This document shows positions 54,493 through 61,685 of a stretch of DNA of 61,685 nt, piece after piece. The position numbers were made by a program, and so were the translations under genes. The notes beneath the pieces were generated by a model. The model did no database searches. It was not told the DNA's origin and was given only the letters and a program-made list of their open reading frames with translations. The stretch is from Candidatus Micrarchaeota archaeon (GTDB taxonomy: Archaea > Micrarchaeota > Micrarchaeia > Anstonellales > Anstonellaceae). The number at the start of each line of letters is the position of its first letter. The stretch's first letter is position 1. The stretch spans positions 1 to 61,685 of the forward strand of contig CAZYTZ010000002.1 of NCBI GenBank assembly GCA_964650545.1. The letters are read 5' to 3'.

Positions 54493-54531
54493 ACGATCAA
54501 GAAGGAGCTCAACCTGAAGGTAACTTTGTAA
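54493..54531 (+). repeat. 'Echo' copy of the tfb 3' end
   Basis: It encodes TIKKELNLKVTL-TAA, against the native ELKKELNLKVTL-TGA (54422-54460). Across KKELNLKVTL, 8 codons differ and all differences are synonymous. It is in a different frame from tfb. Confidence 0.7.
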
Positions 54532-54541
54532 GGGAGTTGCC

Positions 54542-54560
54542 TTTTTATTTATTTTTTATT
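54542..54560. terminator. T-rich tract between convergent genes (archaeal-type terminator candidate)
   Basis: tttttatttattttttatt lies between the tfb echo and the end of the 442-aa minus-strand gene. Confidence 0.4.
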
Positions 54561-54580
54561 CCCTTAGCGGAAAGCAGGCG

Positions 54581-55909
54581 TCAGAGGATGCCGTATTGCC
54601 TTGCGATTGCATCTGCCCGCTCCCCGATGTTTTTCAAAAGCTCAAGTTCATGGGGCGTGATGCCTAGGATCATCCGCTTGTAGCCAGCAAGCTCCGCACT
54701 CTCTTTTTCTGCCACCATGCCAAGGTTGCTGATGATCTTGTCTATTCTGCCAATTATCCTGGTTTTTTTGCTCTCGAAATCCTCAGCCCCGCTTTCCTGC
54801 TGTTTCGCGCCGTTCGCAATTTTCCCGCGCGGCTTGTTCTCGTTCAATTCCGCGTATGCTTCGGCAACGCGGTCATTGAACCAGTCAGATGCCATCCGGT
54901 TCCTGCCCGGAAGGCTGTCCTTGAGGTTCCTCAGCGTCTCGAATGTGATGTATTTTGCGTTTTCGGGCGCAAGGACTTCGGCAAGCGCCTTCTCCACGTC
55001 GAATTTGGCATTCCTCGCAGCCATCCTCTTTTCCAGCTTGTCAAGGTCAGAGTTTATGTTGGCAAAGTTCACGCCTTCTTGTGCATCTGATCTCATGTCC
55101 CTCAAGGCATTCTCTTCTTCAATGGTCAGCTTGCCGCAATTGAAGAGTGCCTTGCACCTGCCAAGGATGGACGTGCGCTCCATAGCCCGCCCTCCCCTTT
55201 TTGCGGCTTCCTGCTTCATTTCTGCAACATATTGCACTGCCGCTATACTAGTGAGACTTAGCGCAACAGGAATCATCTTCTTATACAATATCAGCTTGTC
55301 TTTTTCATCCCCAGTCAAGAGGTCGCTGCCCAAAAGCGCATCTATGTCTGCCAAAATCTTATCCTCAGAATTCGGCGGGCCAGCCTCTCTGCTGCCGCGC
55401 GCTGGCTCGGCTTTTGGCTCCTGGAAGAAAGAACTTGCTATCCGCTCGCCCCTCATCGCCTGCCTGACGAGCCCCTGCAGGCGCAGCCATTCCTGCGGCT
55501 GCTTCTCGACTTTCTTGCCCTTTGCCTTCGCTTCGGCGAATTCACCTGCAAGGCTGCGCAGGAAATTCGAGCCATCATAGCCGGCGTTCCGGCAGAGCTT
55601 CTTGAGCTGCACGGGGTCGCACACCATGCTTTTGACGAACTGCATTGCTTTTTCGCTGTCAAAGGACGTGCTGTTTGAGGAGGAATCAGAGAAAGCAGGC
55701 TGGAGAAGCATCCTGCGCAGAGCTGCCCGTATCTGGAAGATTTCGTCGTCTGAAAGCCGGGTATTTTGCAGCTTCCAGCTTATGTCCTTGACGTCGTCAT
55801 TCGGCGCGCCTCTGCGCGCCCTTTCCGCAAACAGCTGCTGTATGAGTGTTTTGGAATCCTTTAGCACATCCATTGTCCTGTTGTGCTTTGATTTGAAGCC
55901 CCTGCTCAT
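54581..55909 (-). CDS. Hypothetical alpha-helical protein (ORFan)
   Basis: 442-aa ORF. No motif recognised. Confidence 0.55.
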   Translation of the reverse strand: MSRGFKSKHNRTMDVLKDSKTLIQQLFAERARRGAPNDDVKDISWKLQNTRLSDDEIFQIRAALRRMLLQPAFSDSSSNSTSFDSEKAMQFVKSMVCDPVQLKKLCRNAGYDGSNFLRSLAGEFAEAKAKGKKVEKQPQEWLRLQGLVRQAMRGERIASSFFQEPKAEPARGSREAGPPNSEDKILADIDALLGSDLLTGDEKDKLILYKKMIPVALSLTSIAAVQYVAEMKQEAAKRGGRAMERTSILGRCKALFNCGKLTIEEENALRDMRSDAQEGVNFANINSDLDKLEKRMAARNAKFDVEKALAEVLAPENAKYITFETLRNLKDSLPGRNRMASDWFNDRVAEAYAELNENKPRGKIANGAKQQESGAEDFESKKTRIIGRIDKIISNLGMVAEKESAELAGYKRMILGITPHELELLKNIGERADAIARQYGIL

Positions 55910-55982
55910 AACACCACAATCTCATTTCCTGCCACGAACGATTTAAAAGGCATTCGCTGGGGGAAAAAAGAAGCCGCTAACT

Positions 55983-56291
55983 TTACTGCAAACCCTCTTT
56001 CAGGTCGTCCCGGGAGAATTTGCTGCTCTTTTGCTGGCCGGTTTCGTTGCCTATCTTCTTGTCGATTCGTTCCACCGTGTTCTCAAGCCGGTGGAGCTGT
56101 TCGCCAGACGCGGTTTTAACCTGCTGGTCGCGGATTATCACGAGGTGATCCTGTATTTCGCTAAACTTTTTTGCAAGATATGGTGTGTTCTTTATCTTGG
56201 TAATGAGTTTGGACGCCCGTGTTCCAAGTGCTTTGCGCCTTGCATCCTCATTCCCTTGCCTTGCATGCGTGTCCTTATGGTTCCTTAGCAT
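55983..56291 (-). CDS. Hypothetical small charged protein
   Basis: 102-aa ORF. No motif recognised. Confidence 0.45.
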   Translation of the reverse strand: MLRNHKDTHARQGNEDARRKALGTRASKLITKIKNTPYLAKKFSEIQDHLVIIRDQQVKTASGEQLHRLENTVERIDKKIGNETGQQKSSKFSRDDLKEGLQ

Positions 56292-56336
56292 CTCCGCACC
56301 TCTTGTGGCAGATTCTAGTGCGAAGGGTTTAAATCG

Positions 56337-57257
56337 CTACTTTTTCTTCCCTTCCAAGTAGAGATACGCGGAATAGGCTGCGGAAACAGCCTCGCCAACG
56401 CCCACTATTGCCTGCTTGAAGCGCGTGTCGGTAACGTCGCCTGCTGAGAAAAAGCCCGGCACGGAAGTTTCCGAGTTGCGCGAAATTTTCACATGCCCCT
56501 TTGCGTCCAGCTCCACGCCGGCTTCCTTTGCGAGTTGCGAGAGGGGCAGGTGGCCGATTGCCACGAAAACTGCATCAAGCGCAAGCTTGTCGCTTCCCTG
56601 GTGCGGCTTGTCAAGCTTGACGCCCACCACTTTCTTCTCCCCGTATATCTCCAGCACGTTGGCATTGTAGATTATCTCTATTTTAGAGTTGGCAGTTACG
56701 CGCCCCATGGTTATGGGCTCTGCGCGCAATTTGTCGCCCCTGTAAATCATGTATACTTTTGCCGCTAAGTTGGCAAGCAAAAGCGCGTCTTTTGCAGCGG
56801 AGTCCGCGCCACCTATCACCGCAACCGTCTTTCCCTTGTAGAATGCTCCGTCGCAAAGAGCGCAGTAGTGCACGCCCTTGCTGGCAAACTCAGCCTCGCC
56901 CTTCACGCCCAGCTTGCGCCATTCAGTGCCTGCTGCGTAAATGACTGCTTTTGACGAGTATGCGCCTGCGTCGGAAACAATTTCAAAGCCGCCGTCGGGA
57001 TTGCGCGAGATTTTCTTCACTTTCTCGTCCTTTATTTCCACGCCGGCCTGCGCGCGCGCATGGTCCTCGAGCTTTTGCGCAAGCTCCATGCCGCCGATTG
57101 ATATGAAGCCGGGATAATTCTCAACAATGTCTGTAAGCGTTATCGTGCCGCCGCGCATTTCGCCCAGCACCAGCACTGACATGCCCAGCCTGCCTGCGTA
57201 CATTGCCCCTGCCAGGCCTGAGCACCCCGAGCCGATTATCGCTACGTCATATGCCAT
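56337..57257 (-). CDS. trxB: Thioredoxin-disulfide reductase
   Basis: YDVAIIGSGCSGLAGA (FAD), redox-active CALC, TVAVIGGADSA (NADPH) and GDVTD. I prefer the internal ATG at 57257 (MAYDV). Confidence 0.9.
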   Translation of the reverse strand: MAYDVAIIGSGCSGLAGAMYAGRLGMSVLVLGEMRGGTITLTDIVENYPGFISIGGMELAQKLEDHARAQAGVEIKDEKVKKISRNPDGGFEIVSDAGAYSSKAVIYAAGTEWRKLGVKGEAEFASKGVHYCALCDGAFYKGKTVAVIGGADSAAKDALLLANLAAKVYMIYRGDKLRAEPITMGRVTANSKIEIIYNANVLEIYGEKKVVGVKLDKPHQGSDKLALDAVFVAIGHLPLSQLAKEAGVELDAKGHVKISRNSETSVPGFFSAGDVTDTRFKQAIVGVGEAVSAAYSAYLYLEGKKK

Positions 57258-57319
57258 AAAACCACTGAGATAAGAAGGCGCCGCACTCTTTTTTAATGGT
57301 ATTTGCACCATCAAGGGGT

Positions 57320-57772
57320 ATGAAATGCCCGTATTGCTTCCATGGCAAGACTGATGTGGTGGACAGCAGGGACACCGACGAGTCCCGCGTGCGCCGCAGG
57401 CGCGAGTGCGCCAAATGCAGGCGCAGGTTCACAACCTATGAGGAAGTGGACAAGGAAGGCATCTTTGTCATAAAAAAGGACGGCAGGCGCGAGAAGTTCG
57501 ACAGGCACAAGCTGCTGTCCGGCCTGGAAAAATCATGCGAAAAGCGCCCGGTTTCGCGCGAGCAGATAGAGGAAATGGCAGGCTGGGTGGAAGGCAAGTT
57601 GAGGAAAAGCGGGAAAAAGGAAATTGAGACAAACGCAATCGGAGAGCTTGTGATGGAAAGGCTGAGGAAAGTGGACGACGTTGCCTACATACGCTTTGCG
57701 TCCGTGTACCGCTCTTTCACCGACATTGACTCGTTTGAGGACGCGCTTAGGAAGCTGAAGAGAAAGAAATAG
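57320..57772 (+). CDS. nrdR: NrdR-type transcriptional repressor (Zn-ribbon plus ATP-cone)
   Basis: MKCPYCFHGKTDVVDSRDTDES..RRRRECAKCRRRFTTYE followed by an ATP-cone. Confidence 0.9.
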   Translation: MKCPYCFHGKTDVVDSRDTDESRVRRRRECAKCRRRFTTYEEVDKEGIFVIKKDGRREKFDRHKLLSGLEKSCEKRPVSREQIEEMAGWVEGKLRKSGKKEIETNAIGELVMERLRKVDDVAYIRFASVYRSFTDIDSFEDALRKLKRKK

Positions 57773-57773
57773 G

Positions 57774-58685
57774 ATGGAAATTTGGGGGAACGGCAAGATG
57801 AAAACTTACCTTCAAGTCGCGCTGTTTTTCGCGCTCACGCAGCTCCTTGGCATTTACGCCGGCGCATCGCTCATCACCGCGGCAATGACCAACCCGGACA
57901 TACAGGAGCTGTCAGTTGCGCCCATGCCTGATGCCAATGACCCTGTAAACGCGCTTTTCTTCCTGGCATACATCCTGTTTGGCGCAGTGATGGTGATATT
58001 GGTCGCGCGCCACTACAAGGGAATGATAATGTTCCAGCTCCTGGAAGTGATGGTGGTTTTCACAGCCTCGTCCGTTGTTTTCTTCTCAATTGCGCTTTCG
58101 CTTGGCACTGGCTTTGCCGAGGCGCTTGCGCTTGGCGGAGCATTTGGCATTGCGCTTGCTGCCGCCAAATTCGTGTGGCAAGGCGTGAAGAACACGGCTG
58201 CGATAATTTCCTCTGCAGGCGTAGCCGCCATCTTTGGCTTTTCGCTTGGCTTCCTGCCAGCCGTGCTTTTCACCATCCTTCTCTCGATTTATGACTACAT
58301 TGCGGTCTTCAAGACAAAGCACATGGTGGAGATGGCGCGCGAGCTTTCCACGCGCCAGCTTTCCTTTGCAGTAACTGCGAAGAACGTGCCTGCAAGGAAG
58401 GAGAAGGAGACTGCAGAGCATTATGTTGACCGCGCAAACAGGGAGGGCGAGAGGCTGGACCTTGGCACTGGCGACTTGGCAGTGCCGGGGATGCTTTCCG
58501 TTTCCGCCTACACGCTAGGCCCGAATGGCATGATTTACGCGCTTGCGGTTGCAGCTGGCTCCACAATCGCGCTTTACGCGCTTCTGAGGTTTGTGTCTGA
58601 AAAAAGGGTGTTCCTGCCCGCGCTCCCGCCTATCTGTTTAGGCGGAATGCTTGCGCTGCTGCTTGTGAAGCTGATTGGTTTCTGA
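57774..58685 (+). CDS. Presenilin/signal-peptide-peptidase homolog (A22 aspartyl intramembrane protease)
   Basis: Polytopic protein with catalytic YD (LSIYDYIAVF), GxGD (LGTGDLAVPG) and PAL (LPALPPI) motifs. Confidence 0.85.
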   Translation: MEIWGNGKMKTYLQVALFFALTQLLGIYAGASLITAAMTNPDIQELSVAPMPDANDPVNALFFLAYILFGAVMVILVARHYKGMIMFQLLEVMVVFTASSVVFFSIALSLGTGFAEALALGGAFGIALAAAKFVWQGVKNTAAIISSAGVAAIFGFSLGFLPAVLFTILLSIYDYIAVFKTKHMVEMARELSTRQLSFAVTAKNVPARKEKETAEHYVDRANREGERLDLGTGDLAVPGMLSVSAYTLGPNGMIYALAVAAGSTIALYALLRFVSEKRVFLPALPPICLGGMLALLLVKLIGF

Positions 58686-58725
58686 AAAAAGCATCTTTAT
58701 AAGCAGCCTTTGATATACTCGTTCT

Positions 58726-59130
58726 ATGGGCAATAGTTTCACCTACCCGTCTGTGGAGAAGGTTGAGGAATACAACCTGCTGGCTCTTGCGCTGATTAAG
58801 GTGAAAAAGGCAGACTCCCACAAAGTCCTCTCAAGCCATAAGATTCAAATTGCAATAAAGGAATCCGCGGCTGCCGAAGGGGACGTCTATGCAAAGGCAG
58901 CCGTCCTTATCCGTGCCCTGGCCCGCGCCCACGCATTTGCAAGCGGCAACCGCAGGACCGCATTCATAACAGCAAAGTCGTTCGTGCTTTCGAATAAAGG
59001 GCAGTTCAGGATTGCCGACGACCCGCACTACGCGAAAGTGATGCGGGGGATACGCGAAGATTATTATACTTTGGATGAAATAAGGGAATGGATACAACAT
59101 GGTAAAATCAGGGAATTCAAGCGCATCTAG
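58726..59130 (+). CDS. doc: Doc/Fic-family protein
   Basis: The Fic/Doc motif HAFASGNRRTAF is close to the Doc-type HxFxxGNKR. An SAAAEG (S-x3-E-G) lies N-terminal of it. Confidence 0.8.
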   Translation: MGNSFTYPSVEKVEEYNLLALALIKVKKADSHKVLSSHKIQIAIKESAAAEGDVYAKAAVLIRALARAHAFASGNRRTAFITAKSFVLSNKGQFRIADDPHYAKVMRGIREDYYTLDEIREWIQHGKIREFKRI

Positions 59131-59239
59131 GCTCAGGATAGTTTCCGAGGAAATAGGCAGCTTCGGCAAGCTGATTGATGGGCACAGGAAACTGCTGGCG
59201 GCAATCGGTGAACTTTAAGCCGCGCTTCTGCTCGTAAAA

Positions 59240-59512
59240 TTAGCCGGGTTTTGACTTGCTGCTTGGCTTTTTTGCCTTTCTATTCTTCAGCTCTTCCGTC
59301 TCTTTTTTTGCCGCGTCCTTGATTTCCTGCACGAGCGCGTCGATTTGCGCGTCGTCCATGCCGTGCGCGGCTGCGCCTTCCTCAATCGTTTCGTAAGCCG
59401 CGAGCTGGCAGCCTATGCAGTGGAAGCCGTGCCCGAGGAGCACCGAGGCTGCGGAAATGTGGTTGATGATAAGCTCGCCAATGGGCGTTTTGCGGCTGAT
59501 TTCAAGCGCCAT
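59240..59512 (-). CDS. DUF1858 / hybrid-cluster-protein-associated redox disulfide domain protein
   Basis: TPIGELIINHISAASVLLGHGFHCIGCQLAAYETIEEGAAAHGMD. The start is at the internal MALEIS. Confidence 0.7.
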   Translation of the reverse strand: MALEISRKTPIGELIINHISAASVLLGHGFHCIGCQLAAYETIEEGAAAHGMDDAQIDALVQEIKDAAKKETEELKNRKAKKPSSKSKPG

Positions 59513-59582
59513 GGCGACAATGTTGCGCCAATGCCCTTTAAAGCTTTCCGACCAAATCTCTGTCACTACGAGGTTTAGTTTG

Positions 59583-59987
59583 ATGGATGACTACGAAAAA
59601 ATGCTGGACAGGGCACGCGCGGCGCTGCCAGAAAAGACACTTGCGTTCGAGCGGTTCGAAACACCGGTGATAGACTCGTTTTTGCAGGGCAGCAAGACAA
59701 TCGTGAGGAATTTCGAGGTAATACTGCAGAAGGTGCGCAGGCCGCCCGAGATTCTGGCGAAGTACTTCTCAAAGGAGATGGCAGTGCCCACCTCTATCCA
59801 GAGCGGCAGGCTGGTGCTCAACGGGAAATTCTACTCCAGGAACCTGCAGGACAAGCTGCAGGCGTTCGTGGACGCAGCAGTGGTGTGCAAGGAGTGCAAG
59901 AGGCCTGACACCAAGATAGTGGAAAAGGACGGGATAAAGACGCTTGTGTGCGAGGCGTGCGGAGCGCGCGCGCCCGTAAGGATTTAA
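59583..59987 (+). CDS. eif2b: Translation initiation factor aIF-2 beta subunit
   Basis: MDDYEKMLDRARAALPE..., with the C-terminal Zn-ribbon CKECKRPDT...CEACG. Confidence 0.9.
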   Translation: MDDYEKMLDRARAALPEKTLAFERFETPVIDSFLQGSKTIVRNFEVILQKVRRPPEILAKYFSKEMAVPTSIQSGRLVLNGKFYSRNLQDKLQAFVDAAVVCKECKRPDTKIVEKDGIKTLVCEACGARAPVRI

Positions 59988-59996
59988 GGTGCTATT

Positions 59997-60302
59997 ATGG
60001 CAAGGAAACCACAACCACCGCCGCAGATAGGATGGGTCAGGCTCCCCAAGCCAGAGGAAGGCGAAATAATGGGAGTAGTGATGGGCAATGTTGGCGGCGG
60101 AAGGCTTACTGTGGACTGCAAGGATGGCAAGGAAAGGTTGTGCAGGATACCTGGGAAAATAAGGCGCTTCATCTGGGTGCGCGACGGCGACTATGTGATA
60201 ATCAAGCCCTGGGACATCGGCGGGGACAAGAAAGCGGACATTGTCTGGCGCTACAACAAGTACCAGGCGGAATTCCTGAGGCAGAAGGGAATAATCAATT
60301 AA
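59997..60302 (+). CDS. eif1a: Translation initiation factor aIF-1A
   Basis: S1-like OB fold: GEIMGVVMGNVGGGRLTVDCKDGKERLCRIPGKIRRFIWVRDGDYVII. Confidence 0.92.
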   Translation: MARKPQPPPQIGWVRLPKPEEGEIMGVVMGNVGGGRLTVDCKDGKERLCRIPGKIRRFIWVRDGDYVIIKPWDIGGDKKADIVWRYNKYQAEFLRQKGIIN

Positions 60303-60444
60303 GCTTTTCCCCTGCGCGCTTTTCTATTTCTTTGAATACTCCCACATAGCCATCAAAGTTTCTGTTCTTGAAGGCATCGAATACTAGCTTGATGGCAAGG
60401 CCTGCCAGCATCATCTTAAAAACCGAGCCGCCCGAACTTTCACC

Positions 60445-61227
60445 ATGGCACGCCGCCTTTCGAAAAAGAAGCGCCCGAAGCGCGAAGTGAAGATGGACAA
60501 GCGCGAGGACCCGCTGGAAGAGCAGGTGTTTGACCGCGAAACGCGCTTCGCTCTCACCAAGCTTCGCCAGTCGGGCCACTTTGACTCAATGGAATACCCG
60601 ATTGCCAAGGGAAAGGAGGCAATAGTGTTCCTTGCCACCACGCACGAGGGAGGCAAGGTGGCGGTGAAGATATACAGGATAGACACTTCCAACTTTGTCC
60701 ACATGCATGACTACCTTGACGGCGACCCCCGCTTTGCAGGCACCTCCCGCAAGAGGTATGAGACAATACTTGCATGGGCGCGCAAGGAGTACAGCAACCT
60801 CACGCACTTTTACAAGGTGCGCGTTCCTGTTCCCAAGCCGCTTGGCTTCCTGAGGAACATCGTGGTCATGGAATTTTTCGGGGAGGGCAACATTGCCTTT
60901 TCGCAGATTTCAGACGTAGGAAGCGAGCAGCCGCAGAAGGATTACGATTTCATAATTGAGCAGGTGAAGCGCATGTACCAGGCGGGCTTTGTGCATGCCG
61001 ACTTGTCGGAGTACAATATTCTGGTGACTGATGATGGCCTGAAAATACTGGACTGCGCGCAGTCGGTGCTGCTCGCGCACCCGCACGCAGAGGATTTCCT
61101 GAGGAGGGACGTGGAGAACATCGTGCGCTACTTCAGGAAGCAGGGCGCGAAGGAGGCGGACGCCGAGGCTGCGCTTGCATGGATAAAGGACGGCAAGCCG
61201 ATACTTCACGGGCTCGAAGCTGTCTGA
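60445..61227 (+). CDS. rio1: RIO-type serine/threonine protein kinase (Rio1-like)
   Basis: It has an N-terminal RIO helix region, GKEAIVF, VKIYR and HADLSEYNILV. The eIF1A-Rio neighbourhood is a known conserved archaeal arrangement. Confidence 0.9.
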   Translation: MARRLSKKKRPKREVKMDKREDPLEEQVFDRETRFALTKLRQSGHFDSMEYPIAKGKEAIVFLATTHEGGKVAVKIYRIDTSNFVHMHDYLDGDPRFAGTSRKRYETILAWARKEYSNLTHFYKVRVPVPKPLGFLRNIVVMEFFGEGNIAFSQISDVGSEQPQKDYDFIIEQVKRMYQAGFVHADLSEYNILVTDDGLKILDCAQSVLLAHPHAEDFLRRDVENIVRYFRKQGAKEADAEAALAWIKDGKPILHGLEAV

Positions 61228-61264
61228 ACTTCTTAAATCCAAGAAACAGTAAGCCCCCGACGAT

Positions 61265-61334
61265 GGACAGCGATGTGCATTTTGCAAAGCAAAATGCATC
61301 AGACATCGAGCGAAGCTCGATGCTGAAGCTGTCC
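61265..61334. repeat. Three-way-junction palindromic element, copy B (inverted relative to copy A)
   Basis: An outer stem (ggacagc / gctgtcc) encloses tgcattttgc-aaa-gcaaaatgca (61276-61298) and catcgagc-gaa-gctcgatg (61304-61322). The reverse complement aligns with 5420-5494, with compensatory stem changes. Confidence 0.6.
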
Positions 61335-61379
61335 AGATTTTGACCCGCAGGTCAAAACGGGGGCTCGAACCGCAGTGAG

Positions 61380-61451
61380 AGCCCCCGACGAGATTTGAAC
61401 TCGTGACATCCAGTTTACGAAACTGGCGCTCTACCGCTGAGCTACAGGGGC
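61380..61451 (-). tRNA. tRNA-Thr (anticodon CGU)
   Basis: Hand-folded cloverleaf: acceptor GCCCCTG/CGGGGGC (one G-U pair), D-arm GCTC-AGCGGTA-GAGC, anticodon arm CCAGT-TTCGTAA-ACTGG, variable loop ATGTC, T-arm ACGAG-TTCAAAT-CTCGT, discriminator T. 72 nt, no encoded CCA. Confidence 0.9.
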
Positions 61452-61456
61452 ACCAT

Positions 61457-61527
61457 CAAATCCGGAGGATTTGGTGGGCAGTTGAGCGAAAGCTCAACTC
61501 CAATCGTCAAATCGCGCGAGCGATTTG
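61457..61527. other. Three consecutive perfect hairpins immediately 5' of tRNA-Thr
   Basis: caaatcc-gga-ggatttg (61457-61473), agttgagc-gaaa-gctcaact (61480-61499) and caaatcgc-gcga-gcgatttg (61508-61527). Their stems resemble the hairpin types in the 5420 and 61265 elements. Confidence 0.5.
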
Positions 61528-61685
61528 GCGAGAATAATAAAACGCCGACGAGGAGATTTGTCCGACCCCATTCCACTTTTTCCGTGGACGCTTTTTCGAG
61601 CGTACCCACCTGGAGCGAGAAAAAGGGTCCTTGAACTCCTAAGCCCCGAAGGGCACTAGATTTCCTGTTGGCAAATCCCGCACGG

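Noticed and set aside
60295-60579. 94-aa minus-strand ORF between aIF-1A and rio1
   Set aside because: Its N-terminal two thirds are antisense to rio1. Only a roughly 40-aa stub (MMLAGLAIKLVFDAFKNRNFDGYVGVFKEIEKRAGEKLN) fits the 142-nt gap. No motif or SD supports it.

Overview
The window is an archaeal chromosomal segment. Supporting genes are an intein-containing MCM helicase, TFB, aIF-1A, aIF-2 beta, NAC, a RIO kinase, a presenilin-type protease, an RNase J-like beta-CASP nuclease and a tRNA-Thr. Bacterial-type acquisitions sit among them: dispersed uvrC, uvrA and uvrB, nrdR, an M23 peptidase and a Doc/Fic protein. There are many ORFans, which fits an uncultured small-genome (DPANN-like) lineage, but that lineage call is inference only. 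Core metabolism and translation genes include metG, a serine cluster (aminotransferase, serA, serS), trxB, maf, an Mre11-like nuclease and a creatininase-fold enzyme. Accessory content falls in three places. (1) At 3.6-5.5 kb there is a zone of decayed gene fragments. (2) At about 9.2-17.5 kb there is an AT-rich, defence-like island: a PD-(D/E)xK-like ORF, MazG plus DUF2075, HTH-ImmA/IrrE plus DUF4411, a PC4-like protein and an SDH ClpP-fold protease. (3) At 20.4-22.9 kb there is a co-directional block with two arrestin/Spo0M-like paralogs. The observations I rate highest are not ordinary genes. (a) Short 'echoes' of the last 10-15 codons of nac (two extra copies) and tfb (one extra copy) lie just downstream of the real stop codons and differ from the native ends only at synonymous positions. 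(b) A roughly 70-nt three-way-junction palindromic element occurs twice (5420-5494 and 61265-61334, inverted) with compensatory stem changes, and related hairpins crowd around the tRNA-Thr. No CRISPR array, rRNA, transposase or integrase was seen. All homology calls come from motif recognition by eye. No database search was run.
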